Counted from the first letter of the stretch, positions 1-9,827 are shown. The stretch is DNA of 64,000 nucleotides from Phycisphaerae bacterium (GCA_050115495.1 JASFQK010000024.1:1-64000), one strand, 5' to 3'. Translations and numbers: made by a program. The notes: a model not told the origin generated them from the letters alone.

Positions 1-149
1 CGCATGACACGAAAACCAAAAACAAAGGCCACGGCAAGCTGAAACGCCCCAGCAAGCTGCCCACCGCTCCACCACCACGAGCAAACACCAAGAAACGAGC
101 CGCGTGACAAGGTTAGTACCATTGGGTGAAACCCGCCCTACGTTGCGCG

Positions 150-1160
150 TCATTTTATCAGGTGAGCATCGGCGGGCGAGGCCGGGCCTTCGCGACCGCT
201 GTAGACCTCGACGCCCTGGAGGGTCCAGATGTTGTCGTCATTGACGCCGGCGTTGGGCGTCGTGGCCCACTTGAAGTGGCCGTCTGCCATGAGGACGTTC
301 TGACCGGCGGCGTTGTGAGCCGGCGAGTTGCGCAGCATCGAATCGCGCAGGCCGAGTCGCTCGAAGAGCGGCACACCGTCTTCGAAGATGGGGTTGTCGT
401 CGGCCATGATGGGCAGACCGGGCTGGTCGTCGAGCTTCGGACGGACGCCGGCCATGTTGAAGTACGCGTAGGAGACGTTGCCGGACTCGATGAAGTCGTT
501 GTGGCCGCCCACCTCGCCCTTGGGCATCGGCGAGCCACCCTGTGCCGGGCAGACGAAGACGCGCGGATCGTTGACGTAGTAGCCGCGGAGGAGGCGGTAG
601 ACGTGGCGGCGGTTGGGCAGCGTGACGACGCGCGGGTCGTCGCTGGGCCGCCAGGAAGCCTGCGGACCCCAGCCCGCAAAGGGCAGGCTTGCCCCGAACG
701 TCGAGGCGTACTGCTGCATACCCTGCCCGATGCGGGCCAGATTCTGGGAGCACCCCATGCGCTGGTTCCGTTCGCGCATGTTGAGGAGGCTGGGCACGCC
801 AATGCCGACCATCAGCACGATCATGGCGGCGACGGAGATGATCTCGCGGAGGTTGCCGAGGCGGATGACGCCAGTGTCGGCGGCCGCGGCGACGTCGGAC
901 CAGTCATCCTGCGGGCGGACGACGCGCAACGGCGGCGGGGTCTGAGCGACGCGGGCCTTGATCCGGGCGGCCAGGTCTTTCGGCGCCGCGGGCTTCGGCA
1001 AGGCGTGGAGCGTGCGAAACACGGCGGTCAGGGCTTCGTGCTGCTCGGCGAACTTCGGATCGGCGGCGATCCGGTGCTGGCAGGCCCGGCGCTGTGTATC
1101 GGTCAGGTGACCGAGGTGAAAGTCCAGTAGTTCAGCGTCAAACGAATCTTCCGCAGGCAT
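150..1160 (-). CDS. Membrane-anchored anti-sigma factor with DUF1559/pseudopilin-like extracytoplasmic domain
   Basis: Start re-called at ATG 1160 (MPAEDSF; AAGGA RBS-like upstream). Anti-sigma-like N-terminus (LLDFHLGHL...PKPAAPKDL), TM helix IISVAAMIVLMVGIGVPSL, then CSQNLARIG, FVCPA and HNAAGQNVLMADGH motifs. Directly downstream of an ECF sigma gene. Confidence 0.75.
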   Translation of the reverse strand: MPAEDSFDAELLDFHLGHLTDTQRRACQHRIAADPKFAEQHEALTAVFRTLHALPKPAAPKDLAARIKARVAQTPPPLRVVRPQDDWSDVAAAADTGVIRLGNLREIISVAAMIVLMVGIGVPSLLNMRERNQRMGCSQNLARIGQGMQQYASTFGASLPFAGWGPQASWRPSDDPRVVTLPNRRHVYRLLRGYYVNDPRVFVCPAQGGSPMPKGEVGGHNDFIESGNVSYAYFNMAGVRPKLDDQPGLPIMADDNPIFEDGVPLFERLGLRDSMLRNSPAHNAAGQNVLMADGHFKWATTPNAGVNDDNIWTLQGVEVYSGREGPASPADAHLIK

Positions 1161-1186
1161 TGCCGTCCTTCCGTCTAACCGCTGCC

Positions 1187-1834
1187 TCAGGTGTCGGTTG
1201 CGCCGGCCCGGGCCTGGCTGTTCCACAGCCGGGCGAAGTGGGTCACGGCGGCGTGGAGCCGAGATTTGACCGTGCCAACGGGGATGTTGAGGATCTCCGC
1301 GATCTCGGTGTAGGGCAACTGGTGGTAGTAGCCCAGGACCAGGATGAGTCGCAAATGATCTGGCATGGCACCGATCAAGGCTCGCACCGCTTCTTTCGTT
1401 TCCTCCGCCGCCGCACTGGCGCCCGCTGGCGTCTCGGCGGCTTCGATCAACTGCCCGACGGCCGGGCCCTCGTCATCCGGCCCTCGGGCTTCGAGCGAGT
1501 GCTCGAAGCGACGACCGCGGCCACGCAGGTAATCCCGTGCCTTATTGGCGGCGATCGTGTACAGCCACGGTCGAAAGCGGCGACCGGGGTCAAACGAGCC
1601 GGCCGCCAAGTGGACCTGAATAAACGACTCCTGCACCAGGTCGTCGGCCGCGGCGCTGTTTCCGACGAAGCGAAACAGGAACCCGTACAACTCGTCGGCG
1701 TAGCGAGCCACGAGAGCGTCAAACGCGTTGGGGACACCGGCCAGGTGATCCGCCAGCAGTCTTTCGTCTGATCGCTCCTGCACCGCAGCTAATCTCCATA
1801 CGCCCGGAAGGCGGGTTGGTTCGCTCGTGGTCAA
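1187..1834 (-). CDS. ECF (sigma-70 group 4) RNA polymerase sigma factor
   Basis: Region 2 (AADDLVQESF...FRPWLYTIAANKARDYLR) and region 4 HTH (YTEIAEILNIPVGTVKSRLH). Confidence 0.93.
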   Translation of the reverse strand: MTTSEPTRLPGVWRLAAVQERSDERLLADHLAGVPNAFDALVARYADELYGFLFRFVGNSAAADDLVQESFIQVHLAAGSFDPGRRFRPWLYTIAANKARDYLRGRGRRFEHSLEARGPDDEGPAVGQLIEAAETPAGASAAAEETKEAVRALIGAMPDHLRLILVLGYYHQLPYTEIAEILNIPVGTVKSRLHAAVTHFARLWNSQARAGATDT

Positions 1835-1987
1835 AAAGGCCTGTCGGGCGCCCTCCCGGCGGTTATCGGATCTTCACAATCGGGCGGCCGGGCGGCGTCG
1901 CGCGGGTCGGCCGACTGCACCAGTATATTCGACGGGGGCGAAGGTTGCTTGGGGGGGAATTCGGGGGAGGTCGGGTGGCGAGGCGCT

Positions 1988-2075
1988 CAGCCGTCCCGAT
2001 GGGACTGGGGGGACAGCGCGGCCGCGGGAACCCAGCACTGCGTGCTGGGCTACAATCAGCCGTCCCGCCGGGACT
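1988..2075. repeat. REP-like cluster: two CAGCCGTCCCGnnGGGACT hairpins flanking palindrome CCCAGCACTGCGTGCTGGG
   Basis: Near-identical direct repeats at 1988-2006 and 2057-2075, with an 8-bp-stem palindrome at 2031-2049, in the divergent intergenic region. Confidence 0.65.
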
Positions 2076-2307
2076 AAGACTGCGGCGTGCGGGGCGTGGT
2101 CGCGGGGGGGGACGGCGGGTGGCTTGCGACGGGGTGCCGGTGTGGGGAGAATGAGCGGGCGGAGCACTTGGTTGAATGTGTTGTCGGCGGGGCGCTGCTC
2201 GGGAGTGGCGGCGCGAGGCTGAGCCGGGTCGGTGGCGTGATATTCCGCCGATCGGTATCGGATCCGCCGGAACCGGTTGCGGCCGGTCCTTTCCAGGGGT
2301 ACGCAGC

Positions 2308-3846
2308 ATGTCCGGTAATCCCATAGCGGCACTGTCCTGCCCCGGTGGGGAGAAGACGCTCGCCGCTTTGCTCGAAGCCTCGACGGTCCTCAACGCGTCG
2401 CTGGACCTGTCGGCGACGCTGCAAGCCATCGCCCGGACGGCGGCGACCGTCCTCGACGCCGAGGGGAGTTCGGTCATTCTGCTGGATCAGCCGCGGCGGA
2501 AGCTGGTGTTCGAGGCGGCCGTCGGGGCGCGGAGCGACGTGCTGCTGGGCGAGGAGTTCGACGCCAGCCTGGGCATCGCCGGCCAGGTGGCCTCGACGGG
2601 ACAGGGAATGCTGGTGCCGGACGCGGCGGAGGAACCACGGTTCTTCGGCGGGATCGACGCGAAGACAAACTGGACGACGCGCGACGTGCTGGCGGCGCCG
2701 TTGCGGCATCGGGGGACGGTCATCGGCGTGGTCGAGGTGCTGAACCGCCGACCGCCGGGCAAGTTCGCGGAGACGGATCTGGACGTGCTCCAGGTGTTCG
2801 CGAACCTGGCGGCGAGCAGCGTGGCCAACGCGCAGCAACACGAGGGACTGCAGCGGGCGTACTGCGGGCTGCGCGAGATCTCCCGGCATGATGAACCGAT
2901 CGTGGGCGACAGCCCGGCGCTACGGGAGGTGATGGGGCTCGTGCAGCGCGTCGCCGGCACGGACGCGACGGTACTACTGCTGGGCGAGACGGGGACGGGG
3001 AAGGAGCTGACGGCGCGGGCGATTCACGCGCAGAGTCCGCGGCAGCAGCGACCGTTCATCGCCATCAACTGCGCGGCGCTGCCGGAGACGCTGCTGGAGA
3101 GCGAGCTATTCGGGCATGAGGCGGGAGCGTTCACCGGGGCGACGGGGCAGAAACAGGGGCGGTTCGAGTTGGCCAACCGGGGGACGCTGTTCCTGGACGA
3201 GATCGGCGATCTGAGCCTGTCGACGCAGATCAAGCTGCTGCGCGTGTTGCAGGAGCGAGAGTTCGTGCGGGTGGGCGGCGTGAAGACGATCGCCTGCGAC
3301 GTGCGCATCATCGCGGCGACGAACCGCGACCTGCGGCAGGCGATGGAGCAGGGCACGTTCCGCAACGACCTGTACTATCGCCTGAACGTGTTCCCGATTC
3401 ACCTGCCGCCGCTGCGCGAGCGGCCGGAGGACGTCGTTGCCCTGGTGAAGCACTTCGCGGCGTCGGCGGCACAGGAGATGAGTCGGCCGGAGCCGAGCGT
3501 GTCGGCGGAGGCGCAGGCGCTGCTGGGGGCGTATCCGTGGCCGGGGAATATCCGCGAGCTGCGCAACGTCATGGAGCGGGCCGTGCTGTTGTGCGACACG
3601 GGGACGATCACGCCGGCGCAGCTCCCCAAGGAGCTGACGGGCGGTGAGGAACCGGCGTCGGCTGATGAGCCGGCCTCATCGCTGGAAGACTACGAGAAGG
3701 CGATGATCGTCAAGGCGTTGAGCGAGCACGACTGGAACCAGTCGCACACGGCCCGGGCCCTGGGGGTCAGCCGGGACAACCTGCGGTACCGGCTGCGCAA
3801 GTACAACATCCGACGCCCCGACGCGGACGAAAACCACCAATCCTGA
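2308..3846 (+). CDS. Sigma-54-dependent transcriptional activator, GAF + AAA+ + Fis HTH (NifA/FhlA-like architecture)
   Basis: GAF domain, Walker [31 protein letters not shown]-terminal HTH. Start re-called at ATG 2308 (MSGNPI). Confidence 0.93.
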   Translation: MSGNPIAALSCPGGEKTLAALLEASTVLNASLDLSATLQAIARTAATVLDAEGSSVILLDQPRRKLVFEAAVGARSDVLLGEEFDASLGIAGQVASTGQGMLVPDAAEEPRFFGGIDAKTNWTTRDVLAAPLRHRGTVIGVVEVLNRRPPGKFAETDLDVLQVFANLAASSVANAQQHEGLQRAYCGLREISRHDEPIVGDSPALREVMGLVQRVAGTDATVLLLGETGTGKELTARAIHAQSPRQQRPFIAINCAALPETLLESELFGHEAGAFTGATGQKQGRFELANRGTLFLDEIGDLSLSTQIKLLRVLQEREFVRVGGVKTIACDVRIIAATNRDLRQAMEQGTFRNDLYYRLNVFPIHLPPLRERPEDVVALVKHFAASAAQEMSRPEPSVSAEAQALLGAYPWPGNIRELRNVMERAVLLCDTGTITPAQLPKELTGGEEPASADEPASSLEDYEKAMIVKALSEHDWNQSHTARALGVSRDNLRYRLRKYNIRRPDADENHQS

Positions 3847-3952
3847 CGACGACGCACCGCCACGCCGGCAGCCGGGTGCAACCTCGGCGGTGGCCGCATG
3901 TACATATGTGCGTCACTTGGGAAACCCAACCTTTCCAGACAGGAGGCTAGAC

Positions 3953-4849
3953 ATGATCACGCCCCGACAGAGGTGGACTGCGCTGGCGCTGGTGGCCGTG
4001 CTGGCCGTCGCGGCGGCCGTAGCCCAGGACGCCCGCCGGCGGCCACGGGCAGAGGGCCACCCTACCACACAGCCGGCGGAGCCGCGCAGCGAGCGAGGGC
4101 CGCGCGTACAGGTGGAGGCGGCGCGGCCGGAGCACCATGAGCCGGCGACGATCCAGGTGTTCCGGCTGAAGCATGCGAACGCGGAGTTCGTGGCCAACAT
4201 CGTCGGCCAGATGCAGCGGGTCATGGAAGACAGGGTGATCGCCAGCCCGGACGGGCGGACGAATTCGCTGGTGGTGGCGACGCAGAGCAAGCAGACGGGG
4301 CAGCAGATTCGCGAGCTGGTCGAGGCGCTGGATGTGCCGGCGGAGTACAGCTCGGAGGCGGAGGAAACGCGTTGCATCGCGCTCAACAGCACGCCGGCGA
4401 GCAAGATGATCGAGTACTTGTACAAGCTGGCTCCCCGATCGAGTGAACTGCGCTGTGTGGCCGATGACAGCACCAACACGGTTTGGCTGGTCGGGCCGCA
4501 GGCGCTGCTCGAAAGACTTGCGGATATCGTGACCTGGATGGACAGCCGAACCGGCAACGACGGCGGACCGCCGCGCGAACTGCGTGTGTATCGCTTCGAG
4601 AACGCCGTCGATGGACGGGTGGCCAACACGATCAATGCGGCTGCCGAGATGATGCGCCTCGATGGAAACGTGATCTTCGACCCGGCGTCGGGGATGCTGC
4701 TCATCTGTGGGGAGCGGAGCGCCACCGACAGGCTGGAGCAGATAACCAAGGCACTCGACGTTCCGCCGCGACCGGATGCGCCGCCGGAGCGGCCGCGTAT
4801 GCGTCGCGAGCGGCCGGCGGCCGAGGAGCCGAAATCGGAGGAACCGTGA
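3953..4849 (+). CDS. Exported protein with three Secretin_N (NolW-like) repeats, no secretin barrel
   Basis: AGGAGG RBS before ATG 3953; signal peptide; repeats VFRLKHANA...DGRTNSLVV...ELVEALDVP, IALNSTPA...DDSTNTVWL, VYRFENA...DPASGMLLI...KALDVP. Confidence 0.75.
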   Translation: MITPRQRWTALALVAVLAVAAAVAQDARRRPRAEGHPTTQPAEPRSERGPRVQVEAARPEHHEPATIQVFRLKHANAEFVANIVGQMQRVMEDRVIASPDGRTNSLVVATQSKQTGQQIRELVEALDVPAEYSSEAEETRCIALNSTPASKMIEYLYKLAPRSSELRCVADDSTNTVWLVGPQALLERLADIVTWMDSRTGNDGGPPRELRVYRFENAVDGRVANTINAAAEMMRLDGNVIFDPASGMLLICGERSATDRLEQITKALDVPPRPDAPPERPRMRRERPAAEEPKSEEP

Positions 4850-4973
4850 TCGGGCGACGCGGGTCGCCATTCGTCTGATCGCTGACCGGCCCGGGGTATC
4901 AGTTGGCGTCAGGGACGAGGCCGTTGTGGCATCTCCCCTGACGCCGGCTGTTTTCTCCGCGGCGAGGACTGGG

Positions 4974-4996
4974 GATTCGAGATCTCAGATTTGAGA
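4974..4996. repeat. 7-bp-period tandem repeat (GATTCGA GATCTCA GATTTGA)
   Basis: Seen directly; a longer run of the same unit lies at 11235-11273. Confidence 0.55.
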
Positions 4997-5036
4997 TGGG
5001 GGGCCTCGGTGAAACACGGTGCCACAGGCCCGAACG

Positions 5037-5169
5037 GTGTGCCACTGCTCTTGAGCAGTGCGCTTCGCCGGGCGGGGGAGCGAACGTCTGTCGGCCGTCT
5101 AACGATGCGCTCACGTGGATGGACGCCGGTTGCGCTGCGGGACTGCACTGCTCAAGAGCAGTGGCACAC
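5037..5169. repeat. REP-A doublet: inverted 25-bp copies of GCACTGCTCAAGAGCAGTGGCACAC
   Basis: Copies at 5037-5061 (reverse) and 5145-5169; each is itself a hairpin. Third copy at 47995-48019. Confidence 0.85.
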
Positions 5170-5230
5170 GTTGCGTTGCTCGGCGAGGACGAACGTTTGT
5201 TGGCGATCGACGGCCGACACGGCGGTCGGT

Positions 5231-5315
5231 GTGTGGCATGCCGAAGCGCAGCGCCGGCATGTTGCTCGTGGCGACGAGAAGCCATGCCGGCGCCAGAGGC
5301 TTCAGCATGCCACAC
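5231..5315. repeat. REP-B doublet (GTGTGGCATGCCGAAGCGCAGCGCCGGCATG...inverted copy)
   Basis: Left arm identical to 47877-47907; right arm degenerate. Confidence 0.85.
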
Positions 5316-5318
5316 TCC

Positions 5319-5371
5319 GGCTCACGGCTCACGGCTGGTAGCTGACGGGTGAGGGCTGATGGCTGACGGCT
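5319..5371. repeat. 7-bp-period tandem repeat (GGCTSAY-like)
   Basis: ggctcac ggctcac ggctggt agctgac ... ggctgat ggctgac; related runs at 47771-47815 and 48054-48072. Confidence 0.6.
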
Positions 5372-5471
5372 ACCCTGGACGCTACATTGCCCACGCTGGC
5401 GTGGATCGCGGTACAATCGGGGCGGGCCGGCAGCACTTGATCGAGAGTTGTGCGTGCGTTGGGCCGGCGCG

Positions 5472-6218
5472 ATGCGCGGAGATCGCCGGACTGTGGACAC
5501 GTCTCGCACTTCCAAGACACACCGGGCGAACGACGCCACCTGGCTGTCGGTGCAGAGTGCGCGGGTGGCGGCGTGTGAGCGGTGCGTGCGGCTGCGGAAC
5601 TACTGCCGGCGGGTGGCGACGGAGAAACGAGCGGCGTATCGCGACGAGACGTATTGGGGGCGGCCGGTGCCGAACTTCGGCGACGCCGAGGGGCGGCTGC
5701 TGATCGTCGGGCTGGCGCCGGGCGCACACGGGGCCAACCGGACGGGGCGGCTGTTCACCGGCGACCGGAGCGGCGACTGGCTGTATCGGGCACTGCACAA
5801 GGCCGGCTTCGCCAACCAGCCCACCTCCCAGCGCGTCGGCGACGGGCTGACGCTCGACGATTGCCTCATCACCGCGGTGTGCCTCTGCGCGCCGCCGGCG
5901 AACAAGCCCGCATCGGACGAACTGCGGCGGTGCGCCGACTTCCTCCGCGAGACGCTGACGCGCGCCCCCTGGCATGTTCTGGTGGCTCTTGGCGGCGTGG
6001 CGTGGACGCACGTCGGCCGGGCGCTCGAAGTGCGCTGCGGGCGGTTCGGGCACGGCGTCGAGCACGAGCTGGCCGACGGGCGGACACTGCTGGGCTCGTA
6101 CCATCCGAGCCAACAGAACACGTTCACCGGGCGGCTGACCGAGGCCATGTTCGACGCGGTCTTCGCCCGCGCCCGGCGGCTGCTGGCCGCGGGGCCCCGC
6201 CGACAATCGCCGCTATAA
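5472..6218 (+). CDS. Uracil-DNA glycosylase, family 5 (UdgB-like, Fe-S)
   Basis: CxxCxx[31 protein letters not shown] motifs. Start uncertain (5448 or 5472). Confidence 0.9.
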   Translation: MRGDRRTVDTSRTSKTHRANDATWLSVQSARVAACERCVRLRNYCRRVATEKRAAYRDETYWGRPVPNFGDAEGRLLIVGLAPGAHGANRTGRLFTGDRSGDWLYRALHKAGFANQPTSQRVGDGLTLDDCLITAVCLCAPPANKPASDELRRCADFLRETLTRAPWHVLVALGGVAWTHVGRALEVRCGRFGHGVEHELADGRTLLGSYHPSQQNTFTGRLTEAMFDAVFARARRLLAAGPRRQSPL

Positions 6219-6245
6219 TTGCCCAACCGAAGCGTCGCGCCCGAC

Positions 6246-6325
6246 GAGAAAGGGAACAGGCACCTCGCCGTGTGCAGGTTCCATGACGACGCCGACCCTG
6301 TGGCTCGGAGCCAGTCCCCTTTCTC
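6246..6325. repeat. REP-like inverted pair GAGAAAGGGAACAGGCACC / GGAGCCAGTCCCCTTTCTC
   Basis: 19-bp arms at 6246-6264 and 6307-6325, 16/19 complementary, intergenic. Confidence 0.65.
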
Positions 6326-6361
6326 GCCGGGCGATCCGTAGAGTCCCGCGGAGCATGCTGC

Positions 6362-8176
6362 ATGAGTACCCCCACGCTGCACGAACGTGTCAGCGATGAA
6401 CTACTGCCCTACGTCCGCCAGCCGGCCCAGTACATCGGCGGCGAGGTCAACCAGCTCGTGGAGCCGGGCGATTGGGCGCGGGCCGAAGTGCGCATCGTCG
6501 TCGCCTTTCCCGACACGTACGCCATCGGCATGTCACACCTGGGCTCACAGATTCTGTACTGGCTGGCGAACCATACGCCCGGCGTGTGTGCCGAGCGGGC
6601 GTACTGCCCGTGGATCGACGCCGAGGCCGTCATGCGGCGGCAGCAGATCCCGCTGTTCACGTGGGATACGCGGCAACCGGTCGCCGACGCGGATATCCTG
6701 GCCATCTCGCTGCAATACGAACTGGCGTTCACCAGCGTCCTGAACATGCTGGACCTGGCGGGGATTCCGGTGCTGTCGGCGGAGCGGACGAACGCGCATC
6801 CGCTGGTCGTCGCCGGCGGGCCGCAGGCCGATAACCCGGAGCCGATGGCGGCGTTCGTCGACCTGGTCGTCATCGGCGACGGCGAGCAGAGCTTCGCGCA
6901 ACTCATCGAGGCGGTGCGGGAGTACAAGCGGGCGGGCGTGCCGCGGCGGGAGATGATCCTGCTGCTGGCGCGACGATTCCCGTGGGTGTATGCGCCGAAT
7001 CTCTATGCGGCGGCGTATCGCGAGGACGGGACGCTGGCGGGGTTGCGGCCGCTGGCGGAGGGGTTGCCCGAGCGGATCGAACGATGCCACACGGTGGACT
7101 TCGACGAAGCACCGTTTCCGACGCGGCCGCTGGTGGCGTGGACGCAATCGGTGCACGACCGCATCGCGATCGAGATCATGCGCGGCTGTCCGCAGCTTTG
7201 CCGGTTCTGCCACGCGGGGTATACGAAGCGACCGCTGCGCTATCGCAACGTCGAGCGTGTGCTGGAGATCGCCGCCGAGTCGTTCGCGGCGACGGGGCAC
7301 GATGAGATCAGCCTGCTGTCGCTGTCGACGGCGGACTATCCGCACCTGGCGGAGCTGGCGCGGCGGGTCAACGAGCGATTCGCGCCGGAGATGGTGAACA
7401 TCAGCTTCCCGTCGCTACGTGTGGACCGCATGCTTCAACACATCCCGGACATGGCCAACCAGGTGCGGAAGGCGGGGCTGACGCTGGCGGTCGAGGCCGC
7501 GAGCATGGACATGCGGCGGGCCATTCGAAAGAAGGTGCTGGACGGGGATCTGCTGGATGGGGTGCGGGCCGCGTACGCCGCCGGCTGGAACCGCGTGAAG
7601 CTGTATTTCATGGCGGGGTTCCCGGGGGAGCGGCCGGAAGACATCGATGGCATCTATCACCTGTGTCGGGCGATCGCCGACGAGCGGCGGCGGTTGGGCA
7701 AGCCGCCGGCGGCGGTGACGGCGTCGGTCGGGTGGCTGGTGCCGAAGCCGTTCACGCCGCTGCAATGGGCGGGTCAGGCGCGGCTGGAGTACTTCAAAGC
7801 GGTCGAGCGACGGCTGCGTGACTTGGCCCGGTCGGGGCCGAAGTGCATTCGGTTCAAGATGCACAGCGCGGAGCGGTCGGTGCTGGAGGGCGTGTTCGCG
7901 CGGGGCGATCGGCGACTGGGGGCGGTCGTGCTGGAGGCGTGGCGGCGCGGGGCGCGGTTCGATGCGTGGGATGAGACGTTCGACAACGGGCGGTGGCTGG
8001 GGGCGTATGCGGCGACGGGCGTCGATCCGGACTGGTACGCTCACCGCGAGCGGGCGGCAGACGAGCGGTTGCCGTGGGATCACATCGGGCAGCATCTGCC
8101 GCGCGAGTTTCTGCGGCGGGCGTGCGATGATGCGCTCCGTGTCATCCGGGCCCGCGACGGTGCAGACTCACCATGA
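6362..8176 (+). CDS. B12-binding-domain radical SAM protein (TIGR03960-like)
   Basis: PAQYIGGEVN, FPDTYAIGMSHLG, EIMRGCPQLCRFC (CxxxCxxC), PKPFTP, GARFDAW. Confidence 0.88.
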   Translation: MSTPTLHERVSDELLPYVRQPAQYIGGEVNQLVEPGDWARAEVRIVVAFPDTYAIGMSHLGSQILYWLANHTPGVCAERAYCPWIDAEAVMRRQQIPLFTWDTRQPVADADILAISLQYELAFTSVLNMLDLAGIPVLSAERTNAHPLVVAGGPQADNPEPMAAFVDLVVIGDGEQSFAQLIEAVREYKRAGVPRREMILLLARRFPWVYAPNLYAAAYREDGTLAGLRPLAEGLPERIERCHTVDFDEAPFPTRPLVAWTQSVHDRIAIEIMRGCPQLCRFCHAGYTKRPLRYRNVERVLEIAAESFAATGHDEISLLSLSTADYPHLAELARRVNERFAPEMVNISFPSLRVDRMLQHIPDMANQVRKAGLTLAVEAASMDMRRAIRKKVLDGDLLDGVRAAYAAGWNRVKLYFMAGFPGERPEDIDGIYHLCRAIADERRRLGKPPAAVTASVGWLVPKPFTPLQWAGQARLEYFKAVERRLRDLARSGPKCIRFKMHSAERSVLEGVFARGDRRLGAVVLEAWRRGARFDAWDETFDNGRWLGAYAATGVDPDWYAHRERAADERLPWDHIGQHLPREFLRRACDDALRVIRARDGADSP

Positions 8177-9780
8177 GCGCGCCGCGGGGAAGAGACCGCG
8201 ACGAGGCTCGGCGTGAGGGCGGGGTGGTCTACACGCCGGCAGCGGTGGCTTCATACCTGGCAGAGCAGGCGCTCGAACGTGTGCCGGACTCAGAGAGCGG
8301 ACCGCGGGTGCTCGATCCGGCCTGCGGGGTGGGAGCGCTGCTGCTGGCGGCGTATGAGGTGCTGCTCCGGCGGAGGCAGGAGAGCGGGCCGCGGCTGACG
8401 TTGCGGGAGCGGGGGCGGCTGGCGAATGAGTGTCTGTTTGGCATTGATATCGACCCGGTCGCGGTTGAGACGACGCGGCTGGCCCTGCGGCGGGCAGTGC
8501 TAAACGGGGAGAGCAAAGACGGTGGCGCTACCCCCCTGCCCGACTTCGTCGACAACATTCGGTGCGGGAATGCGTTGGTCGATGAGCAGGCAGAGTTCGA
8601 TGTCGTCGTCGGCAATCCGCCGTATCTGTCGTATTCCGGGCGGCAGGCGGTGGCGTTACCGGCGGAGGAGCGGGCGTACTATCAGGCACACTACTGCGCG
8701 AGCGGGTGGCTGACGGCGCACGGGATGTTCATCGAGTTGGCGGCGCGGCTGGCGCGGCGCGCGGTCGCGATGATCGTGCCGGGGCAGGTCGGGCACCTCG
8801 CGGGGTATGCGGGTGTGCGCGAGGCGCTGGTTCGGCGGATGGGCCCCGTGGAGGTGCGGTACTGGGGCGAGAGTGTCTTTCCGGGGATCACGACGCCGGC
8901 GCTGACGTTTGTTGCCGACACGGCGTATCGCGGACCGGTGCGGATCGTGTCGCCGATCGGGCGGGAGGAAGAGGCGCACGTGCGCGGCGGCGAGGCGTGG
9001 GTCGCTGCGGGCGGCGGGCGGCTGATCGACAAGCTGCGGGACGGGGCGGGCTCGCTCGGCAAGCTCGTCGCCGACCCGGGCGTGCATACGGGGAACTGCG
9101 CGCGGCAGCTCGTTTGTGCGGCGGCGGATGCGCCGAAGCAGTCTGCACCACTTCTGGAGGGGCGGCAGGTCTCGCGCTACGCGTGTGCGCCGGCGGAGCG
9201 GGTGTTGCGGCTGGATTATCGGCCGCGGCGCGGGGAGTACTTCCGGATCGGTGCGGAGCCGGATTACGCTGACGTGCCGTTCGTGATCCGACAGACGGCG
9301 GCGTGGCCGATCGTCGGACCGCGGCGTGGGGCGGTGCACTTCCGCAACTCGCTACTGGCGCTCCGGCGGCCGGTAGACGGAACGGATGTGCGGTACGTGG
9401 TGGCCCTGCTCAATTCGCGGCTGCTGCGCTACGTTTACCGCCAGACGGTGCATGAGTCGCGGCAGCGGGCGTTTCCGCAGGTAAAGGTCCGGTCGTTGCG
9501 GGCGTTGCCCATTCGGTGGCCGGACCTCGCCAATGCGGCGGAACGGCAGCGGCATGACGAGATCGTGCGGCTGGCGGGCCGGCTACTGGCACTGCACGAG
9601 GAGCTGGCGGAAGCGGATGCGGGGCGGAGGGCGGCGGTCGAGCGGCGGATCGCCGAGGCGGATCGGCGGCTCGACCGGCTGGTGTACGAGGTGTACGGGC
9701 TGACGCCCGCCGAGATCGACCAGGTCGAGGCGGATGAGGGCGAGGGGGCAGTTTCCGGGACCGCTCCCGGCCTTGTATAA
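8173..9780 (+). CDS. Amino (N6-adenine) DNA methyltransferase with TaqI-like C-terminal specificity domain
   Basis: YTP, VLDPACGVG (motif I), FGIDID, FDVVVGNPPY (motif IV), C-terminal ALLNSRLL...LDRLVYEVYGLT. ATGA overlap with the upstream gene. Confidence 0.88.
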   Translation: MSAPRGRDRDEARREGGVVYTPAAVASYLAEQALERVPDSESGPRVLDPACGVGALLLAAYEVLLRRRQESGPRLTLRERGRLANECLFGIDIDPVAVETTRLALRRAVLNGESKDGGATPLPDFVDNIRCGNALVDEQAEFDVVVGNPPYLSYSGRQAVALPAEERAYYQAHYCASGWLTAHGMFIELAARLARRAVAMIVPGQVGHLAGYAGVREALVRRMGPVEVRYWGESVFPGITTPALTFVADTAYRGPVRIVSPIGREEEAHVRGGEAWVAAGGGRLIDKLRDGAGSLGKLVADPGVHTGNCARQLVCAAADAPKQSAPLLEGRQVSRYACAPAERVLRLDYRPRRGEYFRIGAEPDYADVPFVIRQTAAWPIVGPRRGAVHFRNSLLALRRPVDGTDVRYVVALLNSRLLRYVYRQTVHESRQRAFPQVKVRSLRALPIRWPDLANAAERQRHDEIVRLAGRLLALHEELAEADAGRRAAVERRIAEADRRLDRLVYEVYGLTPAEIDQVEADEGEGAVSGTAPGLV

Positions 9781-9827
9781 TCCGCGATTTCGGCGACAAC
9801 TAGCGTGAGCCCCCTACGGAGAATCGC

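Noticed and set aside
1..120. A/C-rich stretch at the window start, possibly the leader and start of a minus-strand gene
   Set aside because: Too little sequence to call.
3847..3952. Sigma-54 -24/-12 promoter before the secretin-N gene (similar near 52250-52270 and 60393-60411)
   Set aside because: The GG-N10-GC spacing is not met in any of them.
5037..5315. Possible CRISPR array
   Set aside because: Repeats are inverted doublets, not regularly spaced direct repeats, and no cas genes are present.
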